Below are positions 44,568 to 53,916 of a stretch of DNA of 64,000 bases, one piece after another (position 1 is the stretch's first letter; the number at the start of each line of letters is the position of its first letter). The position numbers and the translations under genes are program-made. The notes below the pieces were generated by a model that worked only from the letters and a program-made list of their open reading frames with translations, ran no database searches and was not told the DNA's origin. Origin of the DNA: Lachnospiraceae bacterium (GTDB lineage Bacteria; Bacillota; Clostridia; Lachnospirales; Lachnospiraceae); the NCBI GenBank assembly GCA_028692395.1, contig JAQUXP010000016.1:5600-69599 (forward strand), in the 5' to 3' direction.

Positions 44568-45195
44568 TGATTCTGCTGGTACCCAGACGATCGGCACCAA
44601 GTGCCAGAAACTGTTCGGCATCCTCCAGAGAGGTAATTCCTCCTGCCGCTTTTATGCGGACATGCGGCCCTACGTGAGCGGCGAACAGGCGGATATCATC
44701 AAAGGTGGCACCGGCGGTGGAAAATCCAGTGGAGGTTTTGATAAAATCAGCCCCGGAAGCGGTAACAATTTCACACATCTTTTTCTTTTCTTTGTCTGTC
44801 AGCAGGCAGGTTTCGATGATAACCTTCAGAATCCGGGAACCGCAGATCTCTTTTAAGGTCTGTATTTCCTGCAGCAGCAGATCATATCTTTCTTCCTTCA
44901 GCCAGCCAAGATTGATTACCATGTCAATCTCATCGGCACCCTGTTCCAGTGCGTCTGCGGTTTCGCAGGCTTTTACTTTTGTTGTCTGGTAGCCATTCGG
45001 AAAACCGATGACGGTGCAGACTGCCATCTGATCCTTCACATACTCCTTTGCCTGTTGCACGAAAGAGGGCGGGATGCAGACAGAAGCTGTGTGATAAGTC
45101 ATGGCGTCATCACAGATCTGGCGGATCTGCGGCCAGGTTGCCGTCTGGGCAAGTAAGGTGTGGTCAACATGTTTCAAGATTTCTTCTGAATTCAT
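44533..45195 (-). CDS. deoC: deoxyribose-phosphate aldolase
   Basis: VDHTLL, ASVCIPP, the active-site Lys region FIKTSTGF and IKAAGGI are present. Confidence 0.9.
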   Translation of the reverse strand: MNSEEILKHVDHTLLAQTATWPQIRQICDDAMTYHTASVCIPPSFVQQAKEYVKDQMAVCTVIGFPNGYQTTKVKACETADALEQGADEIDMVINLGWLKEERYDLLLQEIQTLKEICGSRILKVIIETCLLTDKEKKKMCEIVTASGADFIKTSTGFSTAGATFDDIRLFAAHVGPHVRIKAAGGITSLEDAEQFLALGADRLGTSRIIKLLHPSEAES

Positions 45196-45225
45196 AGATG
45201 TTTCCTTTCCTGGGTTTTAAGAGAA

Positions 45226-46002
45226 TTAATTCTGATCCAGCCGGATCAGATTTCGAAGGGCTTCTACGGCGGTGCGGATGGCAAGATCTGTGTCATGGAC
45301 AATTGGATTTTCCAGACCTTTTTTGGCCCGTTCCTGATTGGCCATCACAAGCATAACAGATCCGGCACGGACGTGCAGGGCGTTTGCTACGATAAAAAGT
45401 GCTGCCGATTCCATCTCGGAAGCCTTACAGCCCATGGCAAGCCAGGCATTCCACTTGTTCAAAAGCTCATAGCTGACCGGCTTGGTTTCCGGGGAATGCT
45501 GTCCGTAGAAAGAATCCTTACATTCTACAACGCCTACATGAAAGGCGGCATTCAGCTGTCTGGCAGCGCTTACCAGTGCAGTGGTTACGGTAAAGTCCGG
45601 CACTGCAGGGAATTCGATCGGGGCATATTCCCGGCTGGTTCCCTCCATACGGATCGCTCCGTTGGCGATGACTACATCACCGCTTTTTACGTCAAGTGCC
45701 ATACCACCGCAGGTACCAATCCGGATAAAGGTATCTGCGCCGGCCGCAGTGAGTTCTTCCACGGCGATAGAGGCGGAGGGTCCGCCGATTCCGGTGGAGG
45801 TCACGCTGACCGAAACACCATCCAGAGTTCCGGTGTAGGTGACAAATTCCCTGCTGTCAGCAATCAGCACAGGATGATCAAAATACTGTGCAATCAGCTT
45901 ACAGCGCTTCGGATCACCCGGCAGGATGACATATCGCCCAACCTCTCCCTTGGCTACCTGAATATGATAAAGCTTTTCTGTGTTTTCTGAATAATTAATC
46001 AA
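45226..46002 (-). CDS. udp: uridine phosphorylase (PNP/UDP family 1)
   Basis: ILPGDPKRC...[34 protein letters not shown] closely parallels Udp. The likely start is TTG 46002 after GGAGGAGG, and the ORF extends to 46065. Confidence 0.8.
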   Translation of the reverse strand: MINYSENTEKLYHIQVAKGEVGRYVILPGDPKRCKLIAQYFDHPVLIADSREFVTYTGTLDGVSVSVTSTGIGGPSASIAVEELTAAGADTFIRIGTCGGMALDVKSGDVVIANGAIRMEGTSREYAPIEFPAVPDFTVTTALVSAARQLNAAFHVGVVECKDSFYGQHSPETKPVSYELLNKWNAWLAMGCKASEMESAALFIVANALHVRAGSVMLVMANQERAKKGLENPIVHDTDLAIRTAVEALRNLIRLDQN

Positions 46003-46236
46003 TACAACCTCCTCCTGAAGCAGCAGCTTCCTTTGATGAGTGCGCTCACGCCAGATACATAACAACTATCACTATCTTAGATTTTAGCATGAGAAAAAAT
46101 CCTTTGCAATACGTGAAAACTGCGGAAACTCAAATAATTATCTTCTTGACAATTTGATTTTCAGGGAAGACAATTACTATATGAAATGATATAAGAGTAA
46201 AACGCACATATATTGTAGTAGAAGAGGAGGTTTTAC

Positions 46237-46659
46237 ATGGATTCGGCTTTACAGACTGCAGCATTAATCGTGCAGGCAATGCAGGCCATGAAACAGGCCT
46301 ATGCACCCTATTCCCACTTTAGCGTGGGAGCGGCACTTATGACGACGGAGGGAAAGATATACTGCGGCTGCAACATCGAAAATGCAGCATATACTCCTAC
46401 AAACTGTGCGGAACGCACAGCATTTTTCAAGGCAGTCAGCGAAGGGGAGCGTTCCTTCCGGGCCATCTGTATCGTAGGTGGAAAGGATGGGATACTGACG
46501 GATTACACTGCACCCTGTGGCGTATGCCGGCAGGTAATGATGGAATTCTGCAATCCTGACACCTTCAGGATTATTCTGGCAGTTGATCAGAAGCAATATA
46601 AAACATTTACGCTGAGAGAGCTTTTCCCCCTTGGCTTTGGACCTGATAACCTATTATAA
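46237..46659 (+). CDS. cdd: cytidine deaminase
   Basis: The zinc motifs CAERTA and PCGVCRQ are present and the protein is 140 aa. Confidence 0.9.
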   Translation: MDSALQTAALIVQAMQAMKQAYAPYSHFSVGAALMTTEGKIYCGCNIENAAYTPTNCAERTAFFKAVSEGERSFRAICIVGGKDGILTDYTAPCGVCRQVMMEFCNPDTFRIILAVDQKQYKTFTLRELFPLGFGPDNLL

Positions 46660-46731
46660 TGATGTAAAATGTAAAAATGCCTGATATATTTGCCCGCGGC
46701 AGATATGGCGCATAGAAAGAAGAGGTGTGTT

Positions 46732-47937
46732 TTGGAAAAATATAAGCGAATATTTGTCATCGTAGTGGATTCTTTTGGTGTTGGGGGTGCGAAGGATGCG
46801 GCCGATTATGATGATGCCGGAGCAGATACGCTTGGTTCAATCTCCAGGAGCGTAGAACACTTTGCGATTCCCAATCTTTGCCGTCTGGGGCTGGCTAATC
46901 TCCATCCCATCCGGCAGGTACCGCCGGTGGCCCACCCTCTGGCACGTTATACCCGGTTAAATGAAGTCAGCAGGGGAAAGGATACCATGACAGGACACTG
47001 GGAGATGATGGGGCTTAAGACGACCACTCCATTCATCACCTTCAGTGAGCATGGATTCCCACCGGAATTGATTCGGGAGCTGGAAGCACGTACCGGTCAT
47101 AAGGTTATTGGCAACAAAAGCGCCAGCGGAACAGAGATTCTGGAAGAGCTGGGGGAGGAAGAGATCGCTACCGGTCACATGATTGTATATACCTCCACAG
47201 ATTCTGTGCTGCAGATCTGCGGAAATGAAGAAACTTTTGATCTTGCGGAGCTGTATCGCTGCTGTGAGATTGCCCGGGAGCTTACCATGAGGGAGGAGTG
47301 GAAGGTAGGACGCGTAATCGCACGACCCTATGTGGGAAAGAAAAAGGGTGAGTTCAAGCGCACCAGCAACCGACATGATTATGCAGTGAAGCCTTTTGGA
47401 AAGACAGTGCTGGATGCGTTGTCTGAGCATGGACTGGATGTAATCGCTGTTGGAAAAATCAATGATATCTTTGCGGGAGAGGGAATTACCAGATCTTACC
47501 GCTCCCGGAGTTCTGTCCATGGCATGGAGCAGACCATCGAGACAGCAAGGCAGGATGATTTTCATGGACTGTGCTTTGTGAATCTGGTGGATTTTGATGC
47601 TTTGTGGGGACATCGAAGGGATCCGGTGGGCTATGCAGCGGAACTGGAAAAGTTCGATAAAAATCTTGGAGTGCTGATGGATTCCCTAAAGCCGGAAGAC
47701 CTTTTGATCATTACGGCAGATCACGGAAATGATCCAACTTATAAGGGGACGGATCACACACGGGAGCAGGTGCCATTTCTGGCGTGGTCACTGTCTATGG
47801 AGGAAGGACATGAAATACCGGAAGGAGACAGCTTTGCACTGATCGGTGCAACCATCGCAGATAATTTTGGCGTATCCATGCCGGAGGGAACCATAGGAAA
47901 TTCCATTATGGAAAGGATGACATACAAGTATGAGTGA
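46732..47937 (+). CDS. deoB: phosphopentomutase
   Basis: The protein reads (M)[18 protein letters not shown] and carries [11 protein letters not shown] 46732 is chosen by similarity to the family N-terminus, and ATG 46705 is possible. Confidence 0.85.
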   Translation: MEKYKRIFVIVVDSFGVGGAKDAADYDDAGADTLGSISRSVEHFAIPNLCRLGLANLHPIRQVPPVAHPLARYTRLNEVSRGKDTMTGHWEMMGLKTTTPFITFSEHGFPPELIRELEARTGHKVIGNKSASGTEILEELGEEEIATGHMIVYTSTDSVLQICGNEETFDLAELYRCCEIARELTMREEWKVGRVIARPYVGKKKGEFKRTSNRHDYAVKPFGKTVLDALSEHGLDVIAVGKINDIFAGEGITRSYRSRSSVHGMEQTIETARQDDFHGLCFVNLVDFDALWGHRRDPVGYAAELEKFDKNLGVLMDSLKPEDLLIITADHGNDPTYKGTDHTREQVPFLAWSLSMEEGHEIPEGDSFALIGATIADNFGVSMPEGTIGNSIMERMTYKYE

Positions 47938-48910
47938 ATTACTAAAGGAGATACCAATCACCGACATCGAGCATATTAAGATCGGTCATGCGCAGGATTA
48001 TGAGGGTGCTACCGGATGCACCGTCATTATTTCAGAGCAGGGTGCTGTGACTGGAGTGGATATCCGGGGCGGCGGACCTGCCTCCAGAGAGTGTGCTCTT
48101 TTAAACCCGCTGGCAGCCAATGACGGGGTACATGCGATTCTTCTAAGCGGCGGAAGTGCTTTTGGACTGGATGCGGCAGGGGGCGTTGCAAAATACCTGG
48201 AGGAACGCAATATCGGATTCCCGGTGGGTGTGACGAAGGTCCCTATCGTGTGTGCTTCCAGTCTTTTTGATCTTCAGCTGGTGAGTCATCAGGTGCGCCC
48301 GGATGGGGCGATGGGGTATCAGGCCTGCAAAAATGCAGAGAAGAATCAGCCGCTCCAGGGCAATGTGGGTGCAGGAACCGGTGCAACAGTAGGAAAAGCC
48401 CGGGGAACAGAAGGGATGATGAAGTCGGGACTTGGTATCTATGGAGTGCAGCTGGGAGAACTGAAGGTTGGAGCTATCGTGGCAGTCAATGCCTTGGGAG
48501 ATGTCTACGACTATAAGACCCAGAAGAAGCTGGCAGGCCTTCTGGATTATCAGACAGGTGAATTCCAGGACACAGAGGAGGTGTTTTTCTCCCAGTATGC
48601 GGGCATGAAAAACCTGTTCACCGGCAACACCACAATCGGAGCAATCCTCACCAACGCAGCATTTACCAAGACAGAGATGACGAAAATCGCCGGAATGGCT
48701 CATAATGGCTATGCCCGGGCGATTCGTCCTGTTCACACCACAGCAGACGGAGACAGCATCTATTGCATGGGAACGGGGGAAGTAAAGGCTGATTTAAATG
48801 TAACCGGAATGCTGGCAGCCAGGGTTATGGCCCAGGCGATCCGTAATGCAGTGTGGGAGAGCGAAGGCATGTATGGCCTGAAGGCAGCCAGGGATATCGT
48901 AAACACATGA
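47930..48910 (+). CDS. P1/S58 (DmpA-like) family aminopeptidase
   Basis: GATGCTVII...[14 protein letters not shown] and the GNTTIG autoprocessing region are present. The gene overlaps deoB by 8 nt. Confidence 0.8.
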   Translation: MSELLKEIPITDIEHIKIGHAQDYEGATGCTVIISEQGAVTGVDIRGGGPASRECALLNPLAANDGVHAILLSGGSAFGLDAAGGVAKYLEERNIGFPVGVTKVPIVCASSLFDLQLVSHQVRPDGAMGYQACKNAEKNQPLQGNVGAGTGATVGKARGTEGMMKSGLGIYGVQLGELKVGAIVAVNALGDVYDYKTQKKLAGLLDYQTGEFQDTEEVFFSQYAGMKNLFTGNTTIGAILTNAAFTKTEMTKIAGMAHNGYARAIRPVHTTADGDSIYCMGTGEVKADLNVTGMLAARVMAQAIRNAVWESEGMYGLKAARDIVNT

Positions 48911-49018
48911 GGAAAAGAGGAGAGAAAGCATTCCGGAGCGCATTGATTTTTTTCCTTCTTAGGGTATAATAAGTAGTAATGGAGTGTGTAAAATACAGAT
49001 CAAAGGGGAATAAAAACT

Positions 49019-51844
49019 ATGCAAATGAATACCGGATATTTGCATTTTAAGCAGAAGGCCGTCGGTTTTTCAGCCAGACGGCTTCTTTGTATTGCAATCA
49101 TGATGCTGATACTGCTGTCTGTTATGCCTGTTTTCTGTTATGGGGAGTCGGATACACAGACCGTGCGTGTGGCAGTGGTCGATTATCCCAATTATATCGA
49201 GATGAATAAAGACGGAACCGTCAGTGGCTATGCCTATGATTACCTGCAGGATATCAGAAAGTATACGGGATGGAGATATGAATTCCAGGAGATGAGCTTT
49301 GCAGAGGCGGTAAGGGCGCTTGAAAGTGGAAATATCGACCTGCTGGCGGGGAATCAGTATACGAAAGAACGTGCAGAGCTCTTTGACTATTCCGCACAGG
49401 ATATGGGAAACGGCGGTTCGGTTTTGTGTGTACGTCTGGATGATATGCGGTATTGTTACAATGACTATGCTTCCTATGACGGGATGAAAATTGCGGTACT
49501 GGCCGGATCTGTGCGTATGGAGCAGGCCAGGAAGATCCTGACCCGGTTTGGAGCGGAGGTAGATTTTATCGCATATGATACGGATCAGGAATCAAAGACG
49601 GCGCTGGAAAAAGGCGAGGTGGATGCGGTGCTGATGAGTACCATACGCTGTGAGGCAAAGTACAAAATTCTTGCCAGACTCAGCACGGATCCCTTATATT
49701 TCTGTCTGAACAAACAGCGTCCCCAGTTGAAAACCCAGCTGGATGATGCCATGATAAAGCTCCATCTGGATTCCCCTTACTATGAGGAGAAGCTCGATGA
49801 AAAGTGTTATGGAAATGTTCCTGTGCAGCTGGCGTTCACCCAGGCAGAGAAGCGCTATATTGCCAGGGCGGATACGATCACCGTGGCAGTTTCTGATGAT
49901 CTGATTCCGCTGGAATATTACAGTGAGAAGGAAGACAGCTATAAGGGCGTGACACTGGATTCCCTGGATCTGATCGCCCAATACTCCGGACTAAAGTTTC
50001 AGTTTGTGACGAGAAGTGATACGGACACCCTTAAGAACCAGCTAAGGACAGGAAAAGTGCAGCTGGTTGCCTCTGTTGCCGAACAGTCAAGTCCTGCAGA
50101 GCAGTGGGGCGTTGAACTGACGAATGCTTATCGTGATAACAGTATCTCACTGGTGATCAATGACAGTGTCAGCGATTACAAGAATACAGCGTGCCAGCTG
50201 GTACTGCGGCAGGGCTATCCCTATCTGGAACAGATGGCAAAGGAGGAGGGATACACCAATATTGTTTATGCGGACAGCTACGAGGAATGTGTCCGTATGG
50301 TGTCAAAAAAGACAGCGGATCTGGCGATGATTCCTACGAATTGTGCAGACAGTCTCATCCATATGTATTCTTACGATGATTTGAGTACCTATCTGCTTCC
50401 GGATTCCGACGTAAATTTTTGCATCGGGGTTTCTCCGATATCCAGTCCGATGCTGCTGTCGATTCTGAATAAATCAATTGCAACGATTACAAAGGAACAG
50501 CGGACGGAGATGCTTGTGCAGAATCTGTCAGCCGTTAACGAAACATTTACCATGCAGCATTATATTACCTCCCATCGGGTTACCATACTGATTGCCGCTC
50601 TTGGTGTCTCTGTGCTTTTTGTTATGGGTGCCTGTTACTTTGCTGTCAGCCGCCAGCGCACAAACAGGCAGCTTGCCATCGCCTTAAAGGAGGCGGACAG
50701 TGCCAACGCTGCAAAATCAGATTTTCTGGCACGGATGAGCCATGATATTCGAACACCGATGAATGCAATTATCGGTCTGACACATCTGGCAAAAGAGGAA
50801 GAGAATATCAGGGTGGTGCATCAGTATCTGAGAAACATCGCTGCGTCCAGTGATTTTCTTCTGGGACTGATCAATGATATCCTTGATATGAGTAAGATTG
50901 AAAGCGGGGATCTGGAGTTAAAGCTGGAGCCTTATGAATTAGCAGAGTTTGAAAAAGCAGTAAATACGGTAATTAAACCACTGATGGATGAAAAGAAGAT
51001 AGAATTCGTATTGCAGATGAAGAGCACCGCACAGTGTGTGCTCACGGATTGTCTGCGGTTTAACCAGATCTTTTTCAATCTGTTGTCAAATGCAGCAAAA
51101 TTCACCCAAAGAGGTGGAAAGGTGGAATTTTTGTCCAGGGATATCCCGCCCAAAGAAGGCGTTTACGGAGTGCGTTACACGGTACGGGATAACGGTATTG
51201 GCATGAGTAAGGAATTCCTTCCTCATATATTCGAATCATTTTCCCAGGAGGTTCGGGATGAAAATGTAAAAGAGATCGGAACCGGTCTTGGGCTTCCCAT
51301 CGTAAAAAGTCTGGTGGATGCCATGGGCGGGACGATTCTTGTCAAAAGTGAACTGGGACAGGGAACAGAATATACCATCGATCTGTATACGCCGCTGACC
51401 AGTAAGGGACAGAGCCGCACAGAGATCAAACAGGAGAAGAGCTGTCTTGCAGGCGCAGAACTGCTGCTGGTGGAGGATAACGACATGAACATCCTGGTGG
51501 CACAGCGTCTTCTGGAAAAGGAGGGGGCTCATGTTACTGTCGCCCACAACGGAAAAGAAGCAGTGATCCGCTTCGAGATGGAAGAAAAGAATCACTTTGA
51601 TGCGATTCTTATGGATATCCGGATGCCGGTGATGGACGGAATTACGGCTGCGAAGAAGATCCGGCAGGCAGACCGGGAAGATGCCCGCCTTGTGCCGATT
51701 ATAGCAATGACGGCAGATGCATTTACCGAGGAACAGCAAAAAACACTGGAAGCAGGGATGAATGCTCATCTGACCAAACCGATTGATCCCACAAGTCTAT
51801 ATCAGACATTACTGTGGCTGATGGAGAAGAATAAAGGAAAGTAA
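49019..51844 (+). CDS. hybrid sensor histidine kinase/response regulator with two extracytoplasmic SBP_bac_3-like domains
   Basis: The domain order is signal/TM, two periplasmic-binding-protein-like repeats, a TM segment, the H-box SHDIRTPMNAIIG, the N/G boxes, and a receiver (LLVEDNDMN...DIRMPVMDG...TKP). Confidence 0.85.
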   Translation: MQMNTGYLHFKQKAVGFSARRLLCIAIMMLILLSVMPVFCYGESDTQTVRVAVVDYPNYIEMNKDGTVSGYAYDYLQDIRKYTGWRYEFQEMSFAEAVRALESGNIDLLAGNQYTKERAELFDYSAQDMGNGGSVLCVRLDDMRYCYNDYASYDGMKIAVLAGSVRMEQARKILTRFGAEVDFIAYDTDQESKTALEKGEVDAVLMSTIRCEAKYKILARLSTDPLYFCLNKQRPQLKTQLDDAMIKLHLDSPYYEEKLDEKCYGNVPVQLAFTQAEKRYIARADTITVAVSDDLIPLEYYSEKEDSYKGVTLDSLDLIAQYSGLKFQFVTRSDTDTLKNQLRTGKVQLVASVAEQSSPAEQWGVELTNAYRDNSISLVINDSVSDYKNTACQLVLRQGYPYLEQMAKEEGYTNIVYADSYEECVRMVSKKTADLAMIPTNCADSLIHMYSYDDLSTYLLPDSDVNFCIGVSPISSPMLLSILNKSIATITKEQRTEMLVQNLSAVNETFTMQHYITSHRVTILIAALGVSVLFVMGACYFAVSRQRTNRQLAIALKEADSANAAKSDFLARMSHDIRTPMNAIIGLTHLAKEEENIRVVHQYLRNIAASSDFLLGLINDILDMSKIESGDLELKLEPYELAEFEKAVNTVIKPLMDEKKIEFVLQMKSTAQCVLTDCLRFNQIFFNLLSNAAKFTQRGGKVEFLSRDIPPKEGVYGVRYTVRDNGIGMSKEFLPHIFESFSQEVRDENVKEIGTGLGLPIVKSLVDAMGGTILVKSELGQGTEYTIDLYTPLTSKGQSRTEIKQEKSCLAGAELLLVEDNDMNILVAQRLLEKEGAHVTVAHNGKEAVIRFEMEEKNHFDAILMDIRMPVMDGITAAKKIRQADREDARLVPIIAMTADAFTEEQQKTLEAGMNAHLTKPIDPTSLYQTLLWLMEKNKGK

Positions 51845-51846
51845 TT

Positions 51847-52509
51847 ATGAGATATAAAAAGACAATACAGGGCAGTTTTGTTGACCGGCCCAATCGGTTT
51901 ATCGCCCATGTTATGATAGAGGGACAACTGGAGAGTGTTCATGTGAAAAATACAGGACGGTGTAAAGAGCTTTTACTGCCGGATGCGGCTGTAATCCTGG
52001 AGGTGGCGGAGAACCCTGCCCGCAGGACAAAGTATGATCTGATTGCTGTCTATAAGAAGGATTTCGGGTGGGTTAATATGGATTCCCAGGCCCCCAATAA
52101 GGTGGTGGCAGAGTGGCTGTCCACCCAGGGATATGATTATGTAAAGGCGGAATACAGGTATGGAGATTCCCGTCTGGACTTTTACATGGAACGGGGAGAA
52201 GAGCAGTTTCTCATGGAGGTAAAGGGATGCACCCTGGAGCATGAGGGAATCGGATATTTTCCGGATGCGCCCACAAAACGGGGAGTGAAGCATCTTCGGG
52301 AGCTGACCCGGGCCAGGTCAAAGGGCTATCAGTGTATGGTAGTTTTTGTGATACAGATGGAAGGAATCAGCGAAGTGAGAGCCAATGTGGAAACACATCG
52401 GGAATTTGGAACTGCCCTGGAGGAAGCCAGGGCAGCAGGAGTACGGATCTTGTGTCTGAGCTGCCGGGTGACGGAAGACGAATTAACGGCGGTTCAGGTG
52501 TTTGAATAA
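51847..52509 (+). CDS. sfsA: sugar fermentation stimulation protein SfsA
   Basis: GSFVDRPNRFIAHV and the later VKNTGRC and EVK motifs are present. The length is about 220 aa. Confidence 0.85.
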   Translation: MRYKKTIQGSFVDRPNRFIAHVMIEGQLESVHVKNTGRCKELLLPDAAVILEVAENPARRTKYDLIAVYKKDFGWVNMDSQAPNKVVAEWLSTQGYDYVKAEYRYGDSRLDFYMERGEEQFLMEVKGCTLEHEGIGYFPDAPTKRGVKHLRELTRARSKGYQCMVVFVIQMEGISEVRANVETHREFGTALEEARAAGVRILCLSCRVTEDELTAVQVFE

Positions 52510-52529
52510 TCTGCCTGTGACCCCAGAGG

Positions 52530-53588
52530 TCACTCTGGCTGTGGGATACAGCTTTTTCGCACGACCAGATTCACCGGAGGGTTGAAGGCGATAGGAAAGC
52601 TTCGTCCATTGATCTGAGAGATCAGTGCCAGGGCGGTTGTCTCTCCCATATAGGGAAGATTTAAGGAAATAGAGGTAAGAGGCGGATTTAAAAAGCCGCA
52701 GTAGGGCATATTGTCAATACTGATAATGGACAGATCTTTTCCGATCTGGATATCATATTCCTGAAATGCCTTATATGCACCTAAAGACAGCTCGTCAGAA
52801 CCGAAGAGCAGTGCTTCAGGAAGCTTGCCGCCTGTTATAATTTCTTTTGTAATCGCATAACCATCTTCAGGGGTAAAGGAATCCGTATTCCAGATATGAT
52901 CTGTGGGATTTATCTTATTCTGCAAACAGTATTCATAAAAGGCATTCTGGCGGAACTCGGGAATTTTAGTCCGCTTATATTCGGCAAATTGTGTAATATA
53001 ATCAAAGCCGCCAACATAGCAGATGTTCGTCAGTCCCAGAGAATGAAAGTAATCAACCGCTGTTTGGATGACATCCGTAAAGTTGACACGGACGGAGTCA
53101 AAGGCACCCTGGGGTGCAATATAATCAACGATGACCTTGTACTTGATGTTGGCTACGGTGGGATGGTAAGGATTCAGATGCAGTTTTCCAACCACGATAA
53201 GTCCGTCCAGATCATTCAGCTCTTCATAGGAATCCTTAAAGATGTATCGAAACTCAAAATCATAGGGACAGGTCATATCCTTTAAAGCGGTGATAATACT
53301 GGAAATCAGTTTACTGTAAAAATCATCTGTATTTTGATTAATCGTAAAACTGTAATTCAAAATACCAATACGCAGAACAGTACTTGCTTTGGCAGAGGAG
53401 TTTTTTCCCTCTGCCTTTTTTCGTGTTTTCCGCTGTTTATTCATATCGTAATTCAAGGAAGTGGCAGCAGAGATAATCTGTTCCCTTGTTTTCTCAGCCA
53501 CAGAAAAATCAGGATCATTATTCAGCACTCTTGATATGGTGGATTTTGATACATGACACATTTTTGCAATATCAGTTAAAGTTGCCAT
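52530..53588 (-). CDS. LacI family transcriptional regulator
   Basis: The N-terminal HTH MATLTDIAKMCHVSKSTISRVLNN is followed by a periplasmic-binding-like core. Confidence 0.85.
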   Translation of the reverse strand: MATLTDIAKMCHVSKSTISRVLNNDPDFSVAEKTREQIISAATSLNYDMNKQRKTRKKAEGKNSSAKASTVLRIGILNYSFTINQNTDDFYSKLISSIITALKDMTCPYDFEFRYIFKDSYEELNDLDGLIVVGKLHLNPYHPTVANIKYKVIVDYIAPQGAFDSVRVNFTDVIQTAVDYFHSLGLTNICYVGGFDYITQFAEYKRTKIPEFRQNAFYEYCLQNKINPTDHIWNTDSFTPEDGYAITKEIITGGKLPEALLFGSDELSLGAYKAFQEYDIQIGKDLSIISIDNMPYCGFLNPPLTSISLNLPYMGETTALALISQINGRSFPIAFNPPVNLVVRKSCIPQPE

Positions 53589-53626
53589 AGGTTTTTGCCT
53601 TTCGTTTAGTAAAAAGTATTATGTTT

Positions 53627-53656
53627 ACTATACCATAAAAGTAAAAGAAAATGCAA
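53627..53656 (-). promoter_or_regulatory. candidate promoter of the LacI-family gene
   Basis: On the minus strand, TTGCAT (53656-53651) is followed by an 18-nt spacer and TATAGT (53632-53627). It overlaps a GTTTACT motif. Confidence 0.4.
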
Positions 53657-53666
53657 TAAGAAAAAA

Positions 53667-53909
53667 GGGAGTGCCGCACCTGGGGCCTGCAAGGTCCTGC
53701 TCAGCGTCTGCTCACATTTGCAGAAGTCCTAAGAATCCCGGAAGCATCCATTTTGTGTTGTAAGCATCCAGCATACTGTCTGAGCACAGCGAGTTTATGC
53801 TGGATGCTTACGTCTTTAGCAAAATTGATGGTTTCGTGGATTCTCTTGGGCTTCGAAACCGTGAGCAGACGCCAAGCAGGACCTTGCAGGCCCCAGGTGC
53901 GGCACTTCC
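53667..53909 (-). repeat. long-hairpin repeat family, copy 6 (complete, reverse orientation, distinct outer arms)
   Basis: In this 243-bp imperfect palindrome, GGGAGTGCCGCACCTGGGGCCTGCAAGGTCCTGC pairs with its complement at 53876-53909. It is flanked by an A run and a T run, and the core motifs are present as reverse complements. Confidence 0.9.
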
Positions 53910-53916
53910 TTTTTCT

